A DNA stretch of 64,000 bases from Rhodospirillaceae bacterium (GCA_037132135.1 JBAXPR010000003.1:16943-80942); one strand, 5' to 3'; shown: positions 1 to 14,179, counted from the stretch's first letter. Program-made: numbers and translations. The notes: generated by a model from the sequence alone, not told the origin.

Positions 1-1661
1 GAGCGCCGGTCGGCGCACAGCCGCGGCGTCAGGCCGGAGGTGGTGGCGGTGATCGTGAGTTCGCCGTGATCGGCCCGCGTCCGCACCATGGTCAGGCAGG
101 ATTCGACCACCGAGGCGACGTCGATGCTCTCCTCAATCAGTTCGAAGCGCCCGGCCTCGATCCGCGCCATGTCGAGGAGATCGTTGATGATGCCGAGCAG
201 GTGCTGGCCGCTCTCATAGATCGTGCCGGCGTATTCGACGTAGCGGGGCGCCAGCGGCCCGAACAGCTGGCGCTTGAGGATTTCGGAAAAGCCGATGATG
301 GCGTTGAGCGGCGTGCGCAGTTCGTGACTCATATGGGCGAGGAACTCGCTCTTGGCCCGGTTGGCGAGTTCGGCCTGGCTCTTGGCGGCGAGCAGGGCGG
401 CTTCGGTGCTCTTGCGCTCGGCGATGTCGCGGATCACGCCGACGAAGGAGCGCCGGCCCGCTGATTTGCCGCCCGAGCCGAAGAATTCACCCTGGTCGAG
501 AATCTCGGTGATCGCGAGTTCGATCGGCACGAGGGAGGCGTCCTTGCGCCGGGCCACCAGTTCGCGCTCCTTGCCGATGTTGCGGGCGGGGCCGCCGCGC
601 CGGTAGTTGCTCATGAAGGCGTCGTGCTGGTCCTGGAGCGGCGGTGGCATCAGCACCGAGAGGCTGCGGCCGATCACCTCATAGGCGCGCCAGCCGAACA
701 GCCGCTCGGCGGCGTCATTGAAGGTTTCGATTACCCCGTGTTCATCGGCGGTGATCACGGCGTCGAACATCGACGACAGGATCGCGTGCATGCGGTTGGC
801 GAAGGCCAGCAGGGCCGCCTCGGTCCGGCGCCGCTCGGTGATGTCCTTGAAGATGCCGACCACCAGCAGGCGGTCGTTCCAGATCAGGGTCGTGCTGGTG
901 ATCTCAACCGGCACCGTGGTGCCGTCGGCACGGCGGACCAGCACTTCACTGGTCTGGCGGCCGGCCTGACGGGCGCGATGACAGAACAGTTCCCAGTAGT
1001 GATCGCGCTCGTCGTCGGGGTGAAGCACGGTCTGGGGCACGCCGAGAATCTCGGCCAGGGGCCGCTGGATCAGCTCCGTCGCCCGCTGGTTGCAATTGAT
1101 CACGACGCCGGTCTCGGCATCGGCGATGAACATCGCCTCTCCCGAGACCTCGAAGATGCGGCCAAAGAAGTGGTCGGCCTCGTTGTCGCCGCCCCGTGCC
1201 GCCGCGCATCCGGCCGCGTCGGCGGTTGCGGCAGACCCGGGCGGGACGGCCGGTCCCGCCGCCTCCGGCCGGTACAAAGGCACCAGCGCTTCGCGGGCGG
1301 CGGCGGCGTCAGGCATGGCGTCGACCAGGGCGAAGAGGCCGAGCGGCTTGTCCTGGTCGCCGAACAGTGGTGTCCGGCTTTCGATCATGGTGACGGTGTG
1401 GCCGTCGCGATGGCGGTAACGGGCGGGCACCGGCAGATCGCCCGCCCGGTCGGTGAAGAGACGGGCGCGCTCGGCGGCCCTCAGCCTGCGGTCTTCCGGC
1501 GGCACGATCATTTCGCCCGGGCTGTTGCGCAGCTCGGCGTCGGTGTAGCCAAGACTGCGGCAAAATGCCGGGTTGGTGGCCAGAATGCGCCCGTCCACGC
1601 CGGTGATCACCATGCCCTTCGGTGATTTTCGGAAGGAGATCGCAAGCTGTTCCGGGTCCAT
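1..1661 (-). CDS. PAS-domain sensor histidine kinase, partial (C-terminal part runs off the window start)
   Basis: Absent from the ORF track because there is no stop in the window. My reverse translation from ATG (1661..1659) gives MDPEQLAISFRKSPKGMVITGVDGRILATNPAFCRSLGYTDAELR (PAS). Around 270-330 it gives the H-box MSHELRTPLNAIIGFSEILK. Confidence 0.85.
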   Translation of the reverse strand, partial: MDPEQLAISFRKSPKGMVITGVDGRILATNPAFCRSLGYTDAELRNSPGEMIVPPEDRRLRAAERARLFTDRAGDLPVPARYRHRDGHTVTMIESRTPLFGDQDKPLGLFALVDAMPDAAAAREALVPLYRPEAAGPAVPPGSAATADAAGCAAARGGDNEADHFFGRIFEVSGEAMFIADAETGVVINCNQRATELIQRPLAEILGVPQTVLHPDDERDHYWELFCHRARQAGRQTSEVLVRRADGTTVPVEITSTTLIWNDRLLVVGIFKDITERRRTEAALLAFANRMHAILSSMFDAVITADEHGVIETFNDAAERLFGWRAYEVIGRSLSVLMPPPLQDQHDAFMSNYRRGGPARNIGKERELVARRKDASLVPIELAITEILDQGEFFGSGGKSAGRRSFVGVIRDIAERKSTEAALLAAKSQAELANRAKSEFLAHMSHELRTPLNAIIGFSEILKRQLFGPLAPRYVEYAGTIYESGQHLLGIINDLLDMARIEAGRFELIEESIDVASVVESCLTMVRTRADHGELTITATTSGLTPRLCADRR

Positions 1662-1803
1662 CGGGCGAGGCCTTGCCAATCCGGCGCTGGTCGCGGGCGC
1701 GCCGCATCCGGTGTCTATGATAATAGCTTGGTCAAATCAGCGGTGCAAGGCGCCAGACTTGGTTAAAAGAGACCCCTTTGCCTCTCAGGATAACCGGAAA
1801 CGG

Positions 1804-3021
1804 TCAAAAGCGGTCGGCCAGCCAGGGGGCGCCGCCGCCGAACAGCGTTGCGGCCAGCGCCAGCGCCGCCGCTTCGGCCTCGATCAGGCCCATGGCGCCG
1901 AGTGCCGGGGCGCCGAGATGACCGGTCAGCAGCGGTGCCAGCGCGCCGACCGCCAGGTGGAGAACGGGTACGGCCGGCGAGGCTGCGGCGGCCGGCTCGA
2001 CCGTGCCGAGGCCGTCGCGGACCAAGAGACGCCAGCGGCCGTGGTTGGCGCCGATGACGGTGTCCTCGACCACGAGATCCAGCCGGGCGGCAAGACCTTC
2101 GGGATAGCCGCGGGCCGCCAGCGCCGCGGGCACGTCGACCACCCGTCCGAGCCAGAGGTCCCAGTCGTCGATGTCGACATCGACCTCGGGCGCGAGGTGG
2201 ATCAGCGGATCATCGGGGCCGCCCGGCCAGAGCACGGTCTCGGCGCGGCCGGCATAGCCGGCGAGCAGGCCCAGCACCTGACGGGCGGCGCCGCCGGTGA
2301 GCAGGCAGAGGTCGGTGATGCGCAGCCGGTCGCCCGCGGGCGACTGGAGCATGAGATAGCCTTCGGGGCCGTCGTCGCCCCCGATCAGCCAGAGGTCCGG
2401 CGGGTCCTGGTCGGCCGGGCTGATCAGATTGGCCCAGAGCAGCGGCGGCCGTTCGACCAGGCCGTTGCTGCCGCGGCCCTGCCGCCGGCGCAGCGCCGCC
2501 AGCGCCGCCGGGTCGCGGTCGGGCACGGGGATGAGGCGCGCCGGTTCGCGTCGGGCGGGATCGGCGAGCGGTCCCAGGGTCCGGCCGACGCTGAGCTGAT
2601 AGTCGATGCTGACCCCGGCGCGGGCAAAGCCCAGGCGGCGGTAGAGCGGCAGCGTTGCCGCATAGAGCAGGGCGAAAGCCAGTCCGCGCGCCCGGGCTTC
2701 AAGCAGCAGCGCGCGCAGCAGGGCGGCAGCGATGCCCCGGCCGCGCTCAGCCTGATCGACGGTGACGGCGGCGATGCCGGCGGCGGGCACCGGACGGCCA
2801 CCGAAATACTGCGCCATGGGAATCAGCGCCGCGGTGCCTGCGAGGGCGCCGCCCCGATGGGCGATCCGGATTTCGCCATCGCCGAGCCCGGCCCTCAGGT
2901 GCGCGATGCGGGCGTCGCTGAGGCCGAAGCCGCGGCGGATCAACCCGGCCCAGGCCGCACCATCGGCGGCTTTAAGGCCGCCGATGGTGATCGCCGGCGG
3001 CCGGGGCAGACGACGCGCCAT
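1804..3021 (-). CDS. GNAT-family N-acetyltransferase with long C-terminal extension (Eis/COG4552-like)
   Basis: 405 aa with acetyl-CoA-binding-type motif QAERGRGIAAALLRALL. Its start overlaps the stop of the upstream oxidoreductase by 1 nt (TGATG). Confidence 0.8.
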   Translation of the reverse strand: MARRLPRPPAITIGGLKAADGAAWAGLIRRGFGLSDARIAHLRAGLGDGEIRIAHRGGALAGTAALIPMAQYFGGRPVPAAGIAAVTVDQAERGRGIAAALLRALLLEARARGLAFALLYAATLPLYRRLGFARAGVSIDYQLSVGRTLGPLADPARREPARLIPVPDRDPAALAALRRRQGRGSNGLVERPPLLWANLISPADQDPPDLWLIGGDDGPEGYLMLQSPAGDRLRITDLCLLTGGAARQVLGLLAGYAGRAETVLWPGGPDDPLIHLAPEVDVDIDDWDLWLGRVVDVPAALAARGYPEGLAARLDLVVEDTVIGANHGRWRLLVRDGLGTVEPAAAASPAVPVLHLAVGALAPLLTGHLGAPALGAMGLIEAEAAALALAATLFGGGAPWLADRF

Positions 3022-4004
3022 CAGGGCGGCGCGATGGCCAGCACCAGCTTGCCGGTCGCGCGCCGTTCGGCCAGGCTCTGAAGCGCCTCGGCGGCTGCTT
3101 CGAGCGGGAACGTCCGTGAGACCAGCGGCCTCAGCTGACCGCTTTCGAACCAGGAGAACAGCCGGCGGAAGCTCTCGGCGACCAGTTCAGGCGCGTGACG
3201 GCGGTAGGAGCCCCAATAAAGGCCGATCACCGCGCAGTTCTTGACCAGCAGCAGATTGGCCGGAATCTGCGGCGTGGTGCCGCTGGCGAAGCCGATGGTC
3301 AGCAGCCGCGCCCCCCAGGCGACCGAGCGCAGACTCTTGTCGAAGCCCTCGCCGCCGACCGGGTCGTAAACGACATCGACGCCGCGTCCGCCGGTCAGGT
3401 CGCGCACCCGGGTCCGGATGTCCTCGGTCTTGGTGTCGATCAGATGGTCGGCGCCGCGGGCGGCGGGGACGTCCAGGCGGTCGCGGCCATTGGCCGAGGC
3501 GATCACGGTGGCGCCAAGGGCCTTGCCGATCTCGACCGCGGTCAGGCCGACGCCGCCGGCGGCGCCGTGAACCAGCAGGATTTCACCGGCCATCAGCTTC
3601 GCCCGCTCCCAGAGTGCGAGATGGGAGGTGCCGTAGGCGATGGGAAACGAGGCGGCGGTGGTGAAGTCCATGGACTCGGGGATCGGAAACACGTCCTCGG
3701 TGCGGGCCAGCACCTGCTCTGCGAAGCCGCCATGGTCGAGCACCGCCATCACCCGCTGACCGGGGGTAAAGCCGGTGACGCCGGGGCCGGTCTCCCGCAC
3801 CGTGCCCGCGACCTCAAGGCCGGGAGAGAAGGGAAACGCCGGCTTTTCCTGATACTTGCCGGCGATCATCAGGGTGTCGGCGAAGTTGAGGCCGGCGGCG
3901 GCCACCGTGAGGCTGATCTGCCCCGGACCCGGAGTCGGCTCGGGAACCTCCTCGATCGCGAGGGAGGCCGGCCCGCCCCAGCCCTGACACAAAACCGCGC
4001 GCAT
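3021..4004 (-). CDS. NADPH:quinone oxidoreductase / medium-chain dehydrogenase-reductase family
   Basis: 327 aa with Rossmann motif VHGAAGGVGLTAVEIGKALGA and a typical MDR N-terminus MRAVLCQGWGGP..LAIEEVPEP. Confidence 0.85.
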   Translation of the reverse strand: MRAVLCQGWGGPASLAIEEVPEPTPGPGQISLTVAAAGLNFADTLMIAGKYQEKPAFPFSPGLEVAGTVRETGPGVTGFTPGQRVMAVLDHGGFAEQVLARTEDVFPIPESMDFTTAASFPIAYGTSHLALWERAKLMAGEILLVHGAAGGVGLTAVEIGKALGATVIASANGRDRLDVPAARGADHLIDTKTEDIRTRVRDLTGGRGVDVVYDPVGGEGFDKSLRSVAWGARLLTIGFASGTTPQIPANLLLVKNCAVIGLYWGSYRRHAPELVAESFRRLFSWFESGQLRPLVSRTFPLEAAAEALQSLAERRATGKLVLAIAPP

Positions 4005-4134
4005 TCGCGTCTTCCCCTTACGGTGATCGGATGCCTAGCCCACCTTGCCCTCAGCGCGCCGCCGGTGCAAGCTGGCAACGTCTCCGCGCGCTGCGCGGGC
4101 CGGTTTTCCGGGGCAACAGGGGGAAAAGACCAGC

Positions 4135-4695
4135 GTGGCCAGAGGATACTTCGCCATCGGCGTCGAGGGCGCCAGCAAGCCCGGCAACCTCGGCAATTTG
4201 TTGCGCTCGGCCCATGCCTTCGGCGCCAGCTTTGCCTTCGCGGTGGCGCCGTCGCTCGACACCCGCGAGATGCATCTGGTCGATACCTCCGACAGTGAGG
4301 CCAGTCTGCCCTTCTATACCTATCCCGAGGCCGGCGCGCTGGTGCTGCCGCGCGATTGCTGTCTCGTCGGGGTCGAACTGCTCGACGAGGCGGTGGATTT
4401 GCCCAGCTTTCGCCATCCCACCCGTGCCGCCTATGTCCTGGGGCCGGAACGGGGTTCGCTGTCGCCGGCGCTGGTCGGGCGCTGTCAGTTCGTGATCCGG
4501 ATTCCGACCCGGTTCTGCGTCAATGTCGGAGTCGCGGGGGCGCTGGTGATGTATGACCGCATGATTTGTCTCGGCCGCTTCGCCGAACGGCCGGTCCGGG
4601 TCGGCGGCCCGGTCGCCGCCGCTCCGGTCCATGTTCACGGCCAGCAGAAAATCAGGGCACGCAACCGCAGGGCCGGGCAGGAGACCGCCGGCTGA
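4135..4695 (+). CDS. SpoU/TrmH-family RNA methyltransferase
   Basis: SPOUT-type motifs YVLGPERGSLS and IRIPTRFCVNVGVAGALVMYD. Start placed at GTG 4135 (VARGYFAIGVEG); the ORF-track start 4045 adds an implausible Arg/Ala-rich leader. Confidence 0.75.
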   Translation: MARGYFAIGVEGASKPGNLGNLLRSAHAFGASFAFAVAPSLDTREMHLVDTSDSEASLPFYTYPEAGALVLPRDCCLVGVELLDEAVDLPSFRHPTRAAYVLGPERGSLSPALVGRCQFVIRIPTRFCVNVGVAGALVMYDRMICLGRFAERPVRVGGPVAAAPVHVHGQQKIRARNRRAGQETAG

Positions 4696-4704
4696 CGGCG
4701 CTCC

Positions 4705-5130
4705 TCAGTGGCAGGTTTCCATGGCGACGGCCGCGCTCGCGGCTTCGACCTGTTCGATGATCGCGGCCGGGGGAAGGGCGCCGCCATAAAGGGCGTCGAA
4801 GCCGGAGAGGTTGTTTTCCAGGTAATCAGCCTCGAAGTCGGCCAGATTTTCCCGAACATAAAGATCGACGATGCCTTCGGGGCTGAGATTATCCAGTTCC
4901 TCGTAGCGGTCGGCCAGCATCTTGCGCAGGGTGTCGCGCATGTCGGCGATGAAATGGCTGGCCAGCTTGCGGGCTTCGCGGTCGATGATTTCTGCCTCAA
5001 GCCCGATGGTACCGAAGCGCTCCGCCAGATTTTCCCGGAGGAAGCGGGCGAAATGCCAGACCAGCGTACGGGTAAACTTTCGGCCAACACCGATTTCAAG
5101 GCAGCAATCGGACGTATCGATCTTGAGCAT
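4705..5130 (-). CDS. hypothetical acidic helical protein (141 aa), family not recognised
   Basis: Clean ORF with protein-like composition, preceded by a GGGGGAG Shine-Dalgarno. No motif I can name. Confidence 0.6.
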   Translation of the reverse strand: MLKIDTSDCCLEIGVGRKFTRTLVWHFARFLRENLAERFGTIGLEAEIIDREARKLASHFIADMRDTLRKMLADRYEELDNLSPEGIVDLYVRENLADFEADYLENNLSGFDALYGGALPPAAIIEQVEAASAAVAMETCH

Positions 5131-5378
5131 CGCGAAAACTCCCCCGGCACCGATGATTTGACCCGCCCATCATCGGCCACAAACCTTAATGAAGGGTAAG
5201 CGGATCGCGGTTTTTGCCACCGGACTCCAAATATCTTCACGAAGAAACGACATTCCCGGGGCATCTTAGACCGGCCAGCCGGGCTGCGGCCAATATTCCT
5301 GAGATCGACTTGTCGCTATTTCTTGAATAAAAATCCGTAAATTTGAATCTTGGTCGGCCTCTGCTGCTGTAACAAATA

Positions 5379-6230
5379 TTATCGCTCCTGGAGCGGCGTC
5401 AGCGGCGTTACCTGGGCCGCCCCGGCCAAAAGCGGGGCGTCGGCACCGGCGATGATCTCGGTGCGCAGCAGGGCCAGCGCCCGGTCGTCGCGGCCGGAGC
5501 GCAGTTCCCCGGCATCGCGATCGCCGCAGAGAATCGGTGTTCCCGGCGGCGGCAACGGGCCGTCGATGCGCACCGGTTGCAGGCGGCGGCGGATCAGGCC
5601 GCGATAGCGGGTGCGCGCGGTGACCTCCTGGCCGACATAGCAGCCCTTGGTCCAGGAAATGCCGTTGAGAAGATCGAGATTGGCCTCGAGCGCCAGCAGC
5701 GCGCCGTCGCCGAAATCCTGGCTGCCCTCGGGAACCCCCAGTTCCAGGCGCAGCCGGTCGTAATCCTCGAAGCGGCCGGCGGCGGCCCCGGCCTCGTCGG
5801 CCGGTACCAGCAGCCGGATGCCGAGCGCCGGGTGACGCGGGTCGACCATCGCGACGCCGCCGCCGCGGCGCCCGCTGGCCCCCGCCCGGGCCGGCAGACC
5901 CGGCTCCGCCTCGCCGCCCGGCCGGGCGAGCACCGCAAAGCCGGTGCTGGCCTCGAAGGCGACCCGGGCGCGCAGGCGATAGCGGTCGAGCCGTTGCAGC
6001 AGGTCAGGCAGCCGCGCGGCCTCGACATCCAGCAGCAGGGCGTCGCCGGTGGTGGCGATGAAGAGGTCATGGAGAATCTTGCCCTGGGGCGTCAGCAACG
6101 CCGCGTAGAGCGAGGTTTGGGCCGTTACCGCCATGATGTCGCCGGTCAGCAACCCCTGAAGGAAACCGGCGCGGTCCTCGCCGGTGAGGCGAAGCACGCT
6201 GCGGCTGGAGAGCGGGATGAAGGCGTTCAT
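5379..6230 (-). CDS. ygfZ: folate-binding YgfZ/CAF17-family protein (Fe-S cluster repair / tRNA modification)
   Basis: SRSVLRLTGEDRAGFLQGLLT N-terminus and the signature WTKGCYVGQE. Start placed at ATG 6230 (MNAFIPLS) rather than track start 6374. Confidence 0.8.
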   Translation of the reverse strand: MNAFIPLSSRSVLRLTGEDRAGFLQGLLTGDIMAVTAQTSLYAALLTPQGKILHDLFIATTGDALLLDVEAARLPDLLQRLDRYRLRARVAFEASTGFAVLARPGGEAEPGLPARAGASGRRGGGVAMVDPRHPALGIRLLVPADEAGAAAGRFEDYDRLRLELGVPEGSQDFGDGALLALEANLDLLNGISWTKGCYVGQEVTARTRYRGLIRRRLQPVRIDGPLPPPGTPILCGDRDAGELRSGRDDRALALLRTEIIAGADAPLLAGAAQVTPLTPLQER

Positions 6231-6321
6231 GATCGGGGACCCTTGGGGACGGACTTGCCGGGGGCTGCTGCCATCGATATAAACCGGTGCCACGGGTTGC
6301 GCCAGGGTCGGAGGGACGGCG

Positions 6322-7290
6322 TTGAGAGTACTCTTCATCACCTCCAACCGGCTGGGAGACGCGGTGCTGTCCACCGGTGTGCTCGATCAGCTGGTCCGGC
6401 GTTATCCCGATGCCCGGATCACCGTCGCCTGCGGCCCGGTGGCGGCGACGCTGTTTCGCGCGCTGCCGGGGCTGGAGCGGGTGATCACCCTCGAAAAGCA
6501 GCGGCATGCCGGCCACTGGCTGGGGCTGTGGCGGCAGTGCATTGGCCGGTGGTGGGGGCTGGTGGTGGATTTGCGGGACAGCGCGGTGTCGCGCCTGCTG
6601 TTCCGGCGCCGCAGCGTCGTCGCGTCCAGCCCGCCGGCCGACCGCCACCGCCTGGAGCATCTGGCCGGGGTGTTCGGTCTGGCCGCGGCGCCGGCGCCTT
6701 GCCTCTGGCTGGGTGCGGCCGAACGGGCCGCCGCCGCCGCCCTCATTCCCGACGGCCCGCCGGTGTTGGCGCTGGGACCGGCGGCCAACTGGATCGGCAA
6801 GACCTGGCGGCCCGAGCGCTTCGCCGCGCTGGCCGGGCAGCTGACCGGCCCCGGCGGCCTTCTGCCCGGTGCCCGGGTCGCGGTGCTGGCCGCTGCGGGG
6901 GAGCGCGATCAGGCGGCGCCGCTGCTGGCGGCGATCGACCCCGCGCGGCGGCTGGATCTGGTCGGCGCCACCGACCCGCTCGAGGCCGGGGCCTGTCTGG
7001 CCCGCTGCGCCCTCTTCATCGGCAATGATTCCGGGCTGATGCACATCGCAGCCGCGGTGGGCACGCCGACGCTGGGCCTGTTCGGCCCCAGCCGGCCCGA
7101 GCACTACCGGCCCTGGGGCCGCCATTGCGCCTGGATCCGGACGCCGCTGTCGTTCGAGGCGCTGTTGTCGGCGCCCGACTACGATCCCGACACCACCGGG
7201 ACGCTGATGGATGGTCTTGAGGTTGAGGCCGTGGCCGCGGCGGCCGCGGCCCTGTGGCAGCGCACCGGCGCGGGGAAGGAGAGGGCATGA
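6322..7290 (+). CDS. glycosyltransferase family 9 (LPS heptosyltransferase-like)
   Basis: MRVLFITSNRLGDAVLSTGVL N-terminus and C-terminal FIGNDSGLMHIAAAVGTPTLGLFGPS motif, both typical of GT9. TTG start. Confidence 0.8.
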   Translation: MRVLFITSNRLGDAVLSTGVLDQLVRRYPDARITVACGPVAATLFRALPGLERVITLEKQRHAGHWLGLWRQCIGRWWGLVVDLRDSAVSRLLFRRRSVVASSPPADRHRLEHLAGVFGLAAAPAPCLWLGAAERAAAAALIPDGPPVLALGPAANWIGKTWRPERFAALAGQLTGPGGLLPGARVAVLAAAGERDQAAPLLAAIDPARRLDLVGATDPLEAGACLARCALFIGNDSGLMHIAAAVGTPTLGLFGPSRPEHYRPWGRHCAWIRTPLSFEALLSAPDYDPDTTGTLMDGLEVEAVAAAAAALWQRTGAGKERA

Positions 7291-8324
7291 GGGTTCTTCA
7301 GGTGATGGCCGGTGCCGAGCATGGCGGGGCCGAAACCATGTATTCCGACAGCGTCGTCGCCCTGCACAGGGCCGGGGTCGAGCAGATGCTGATCGGCCGG
7401 CCCAGCCCGTTGCGCGATGCTCTGTGGGCGGGGCACGGCATTCCCGTCCGCCACGCCCGCTTTCCTCAGCCCTGGATCGGCTGGGGCACGAAATCGGTAA
7501 TCCGGCGGGCGATCCGGGACTTCAAACCCGACGTCTGCCATTTCTGGATGGCGCGGGCCAGTTCCTATGCCCCGGCCGGCAGTTCCGTGCCCAACATCGG
7601 CTGGTTCGGTGGCCCCTACGACCTGAAATATTATAAGAACTGCCAGTATTTTCTTGGCGTCACCCACGAGCTTGCCCGCCATATCGTGGCCGGCGGCGCC
7701 CCGCCCGAGGCCACCGCCTGCATCCACACCTTCGCCGATCTGCCGCCGCAGCCGCCGGTCGACCGAGCCAGTCTCGATACTCCCGAGGGGGTGCCGGTGC
7801 TGCTGTCGCTGGCCCGGCTCCATTATCACAAGGCCCTCGACGTCCTGCTGAAGGCGCTGGTCAGGGTGCCCGGCGCCTATCTCTGGCTGGCCGGGGAGGG
7901 ACCGCTGAAGGACGAGCTGAAAGCGCTCTCGGTGGCCCTCGGGGTCGATCAGCGAGTGCGCTGGCTCGGCTGGCGCACCGACCGCGCCGCCCTGCTGGCC
8001 GCCAGCACCCTTTGCACCTTCCCCTCGCGCATCGAGCCCTTCGGCACCGTGATGGTCGAGGCCTGGGCCGCCGGTGTGCCTCTGATCACCGCCGCCGCCG
8101 CCGGGCCGAAAGCCTATTGCCAGAACGAGATCAACGGCCTGCTCGTGCCGACCGACGATGTCGACGCCCTTGCCGCCGCGATCGGCCGCTGCCTTGCCGA
8201 CCCCGGACTCTGCCGCCGTCTGGTCGAGGGCGGCCGCCGAACCTACGAAACCACCTTCACCAGCGAAGTTCTGGTCCGCGAGATGACGGCGTTTTACCGC
8301 AAGGCGATCGCGGGCGGGCGGTGA
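7287..8324 (+). CDS. glycosyltransferase family 4 (group 1, RfaG-like)
   Basis: MRVLQVMAGAEHGGAE N-terminus and the EPFGTVMVEAWAAGVPLI (E-x7-E region) motif. ATGA overlap with the upstream GT9 gene. Confidence 0.8.
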   Translation: MRVLQVMAGAEHGGAETMYSDSVVALHRAGVEQMLIGRPSPLRDALWAGHGIPVRHARFPQPWIGWGTKSVIRRAIRDFKPDVCHFWMARASSYAPAGSSVPNIGWFGGPYDLKYYKNCQYFLGVTHELARHIVAGGAPPEATACIHTFADLPPQPPVDRASLDTPEGVPVLLSLARLHYHKALDVLLKALVRVPGAYLWLAGEGPLKDELKALSVALGVDQRVRWLGWRTDRAALLAASTLCTFPSRIEPFGTVMVEAWAAGVPLITAAAAGPKAYCQNEINGLLVPTDDVDALAAAIGRCLADPGLCRRLVEGGRRTYETTFTSEVLVREMTAFYRKAIAGGR

Positions 8325-8348
8325 CGGTCGGCAGAGTCTTGTTGTCCC

Positions 8349-9065
8349 TCACAACTCCGACGCGATCTTTTTTGCCGCCGCCGCCGGGTCCTTCTCCTGG
8401 GTGATCGGGCGGCCGATCACGAGGTAGTCGGCGCCGGCGACCATCGCCTGGGCCGGGGTCATCACCCGCTTCTGATCGCCGAGCAGGGCGGTCGCCGGGC
8501 GGATGCCCGGGACCATGATCGTGAAGTCCCGGCCGGTGCGGGCGCGCACGGCGGCGATTTCGTGAGGTGAGCAGACGACGCCGTCGAGGCCGGCTTCCTT
8601 GGCCAGCAGGGCCAGTCGCTCGACCTGGGTGGCCACCGGGGTTTCCTGGCCGACGGTGTAAAGCTCGCGGTCTGTCAGGCTGGTCAGCACGGTGACGCCA
8701 AGCAGGCGCGGGCGGGGGATGCCGAGCCGCTCGGACTCGGCGGCGGCGGTTTCGGCCGCGGCCTTCATCATGGCGGCGCCGCCGCTGGTGTGAACGGTAA
8801 TGAACGCCGGTTTCAGCGTCAGCGCCGAGCGGACGGCGCCGGCGGCGGTGTTCGGAATGTCGTGGAACTTGAGGTCGAGGAACAGCGGCAGTCCGCCGGC
8901 CTCGGCGACGGCACGCACGCCCTCGGGGCCGTTTGCCACGAAGAATTCCAGCCCCAGTTTCAGGCCGCCGACCGCGCCCCGCAGCTTGCGGGCGAACGAC
9001 AGCGCGGTGGCGAGATCGCTGGTGTCGAGGGCGCAATAAAGGCAGGAGCCGGCGTGGGGTGCCAT
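8349..9065 (-). CDS. pyrF: orotidine 5'-phosphate decarboxylase
   Basis: LYCALDT, LFLDLKFHDIPNT, ITVHTSGG and YLVIGRPI motifs. Start placed at ATG 9065. Confidence 0.9.
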   Translation of the reverse strand: MAPHAGSCLYCALDTSDLATALSFARKLRGAVGGLKLGLEFFVANGPEGVRAVAEAGGLPLFLDLKFHDIPNTAAGAVRSALTLKPAFITVHTSGGAAMMKAAAETAAAESERLGIPRPRLLGVTVLTSLTDRELYTVGQETPVATQVERLALLAKEAGLDGVVCSPHEIAAVRARTGRDFTIMVPGIRPATALLGDQKRVMTPAQAMVAGADYLVIGRPITQEKDPAAAAKKIASEL

Positions 9066-9204
9066 GGGAACCTCGTGTCGGAGACGGGTGTCGGATTTAT
9101 GATCATCATCAAAGACAGAAACCGCCGGCTCCGGCAAGTCTCTCGGTACCGACCGGGCGCCACCGCAATCCGGCTTGCCGGAGGGGGGAGCGGTTTGTTA
9201 TGGT

Positions 9205-9297
9205 TCGGTCCTTGACTGGGGTGCTGTCCTGCTTCGGCGTGGTGCGGCTGAGATCACACCCATGGAACCTGTCCGGGTAATGCCGGCGAAGGGAGAG
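9205..9297 (+). promoter_or_regulatory. TPP (THI-box) riboswitch upstream of thiO
   Basis: CUGGGGUGC...GCUGAGAUCACACCC..GGAACCUGUCCGGGUAAUGCCGGCGAAGGGAG matches the conserved THI-element cores (GGGGUGC, CUGAGA, ACCC, AACCUG, UAAUGCCxGCG, AGGGA). It ends 7 nt before the thiO ATG and overlaps its SD. Confidence 0.8.
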
Positions 9298-9303
9298 AAA
9301 AAA

Positions 9304-11500
<2,197 letters not shown>

Positions 11501-11519
11501 GCCAAGGGTATCTTAGTAA

Positions 11520-13379
<1,860 letters not shown>

Positions 13380-13395
13380 AGGCCGTCCTTTGGCG

Positions 13396-13423
13396 GAGCC
13401 GGGGGCGTCGCTCCCGGCTTTTG
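13396..13423 (+). terminator. candidate intrinsic terminator after thiC
   Basis: 7-bp GC stem AGCCGGG/CCCGGCT (13397-13403 / 13413-13419) followed by TTT; the U-tract is short. Confidence 0.45.
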
Positions 13424-13590
13424 CGTCCCCGGCCGGGCAATCCCGCCGAGTCGGCCAAGGCGGCCCCGCGACGGGTTAAGCCGAATTGGCGATGGATTGA
13501 CAGAGTGAGCATATGTTACGCTCATGGCCACATCACCGGACGTGACGGCTCGTCTCTTGGGCCGGATACCGGATCGGTCGGGGAGGGCGG

Positions 13591-14049
13591 ATGGTTGAAC
13601 CGGGCGAGGCCGGGTACACCGGCGTGGCGGATACGGGGTTCCTGGCGGCCGCCGGGCTTGCGAAGACGCCGTCAGCCGCGGCCCGCAGTCAGGCCGAACT
13701 GGTGGCCATGGTGCATATCCGGGCCGCGGGCGGCCTCTGGCACCGCCAGGGCGGCGGGCGCTTGGCCATGGCCCACCGACTGGCGGCGTCGCTGCTGTTC
13801 TCTCTGATTGCGCCGTCGTCCCGGCACTGGCGGCTGTCGCCGCTGGTGCGTGATATCGTCGCTCTTGGCGCCGCGGAGGTGCCGGGCAGCGTCACCGAAC
13901 TGGCCTCTCTGGTTTCGCCCCTGGCCGGCGAGCCCTATCTTTCGGTGGTGGCGGCCACGGCCGGGGATATCGCCACCGCCGACCGGCGTTACCAGGAGGT
14001 GATCAGCCTTGCCTCGGCGATCGCCCGCGAGGTCGCGGCGCTGCCGTGA
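13591..14049 (+). CDS. hypothetical protein (152 aa)
   Basis: Third codon positions are strongly G/C-biased in this frame, as in neighbouring real genes. No recognisable motif; start uncertain. Confidence 0.4.
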   Translation: MVEPGEAGYTGVADTGFLAAAGLAKTPSAAARSQAELVAMVHIRAAGGLWHRQGGGRLAMAHRLAASLLFSLIAPSSRHWRLSPLVRDIVALGAAEVPGSVTELASLVSPLAGEPYLSVVAATAGDIATADRRYQEVISLASAIAREVAALP

Positions 14050-14179
14050 TCCTTGGCGGCCTGCGGCTTGTGTGCCCTTGACTTGCTGCGGCAACGCGGT
14101 ATGACTGATCGGCGTCTTTGCCGGTGCCGGCGGGCGCGCGGGCCAGTGGCGGCGGCCCTTGGGTGCGGCCAGAGAGCAG

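Noticed and set aside
1573-3081. Plus-strand 502-aa ORF, and 5577..7028 (483 aa)
   Set aside because: They are antisense to the GNAT and ygfZ genes or out of frame with the GT9 gene, with low-complexity translations.
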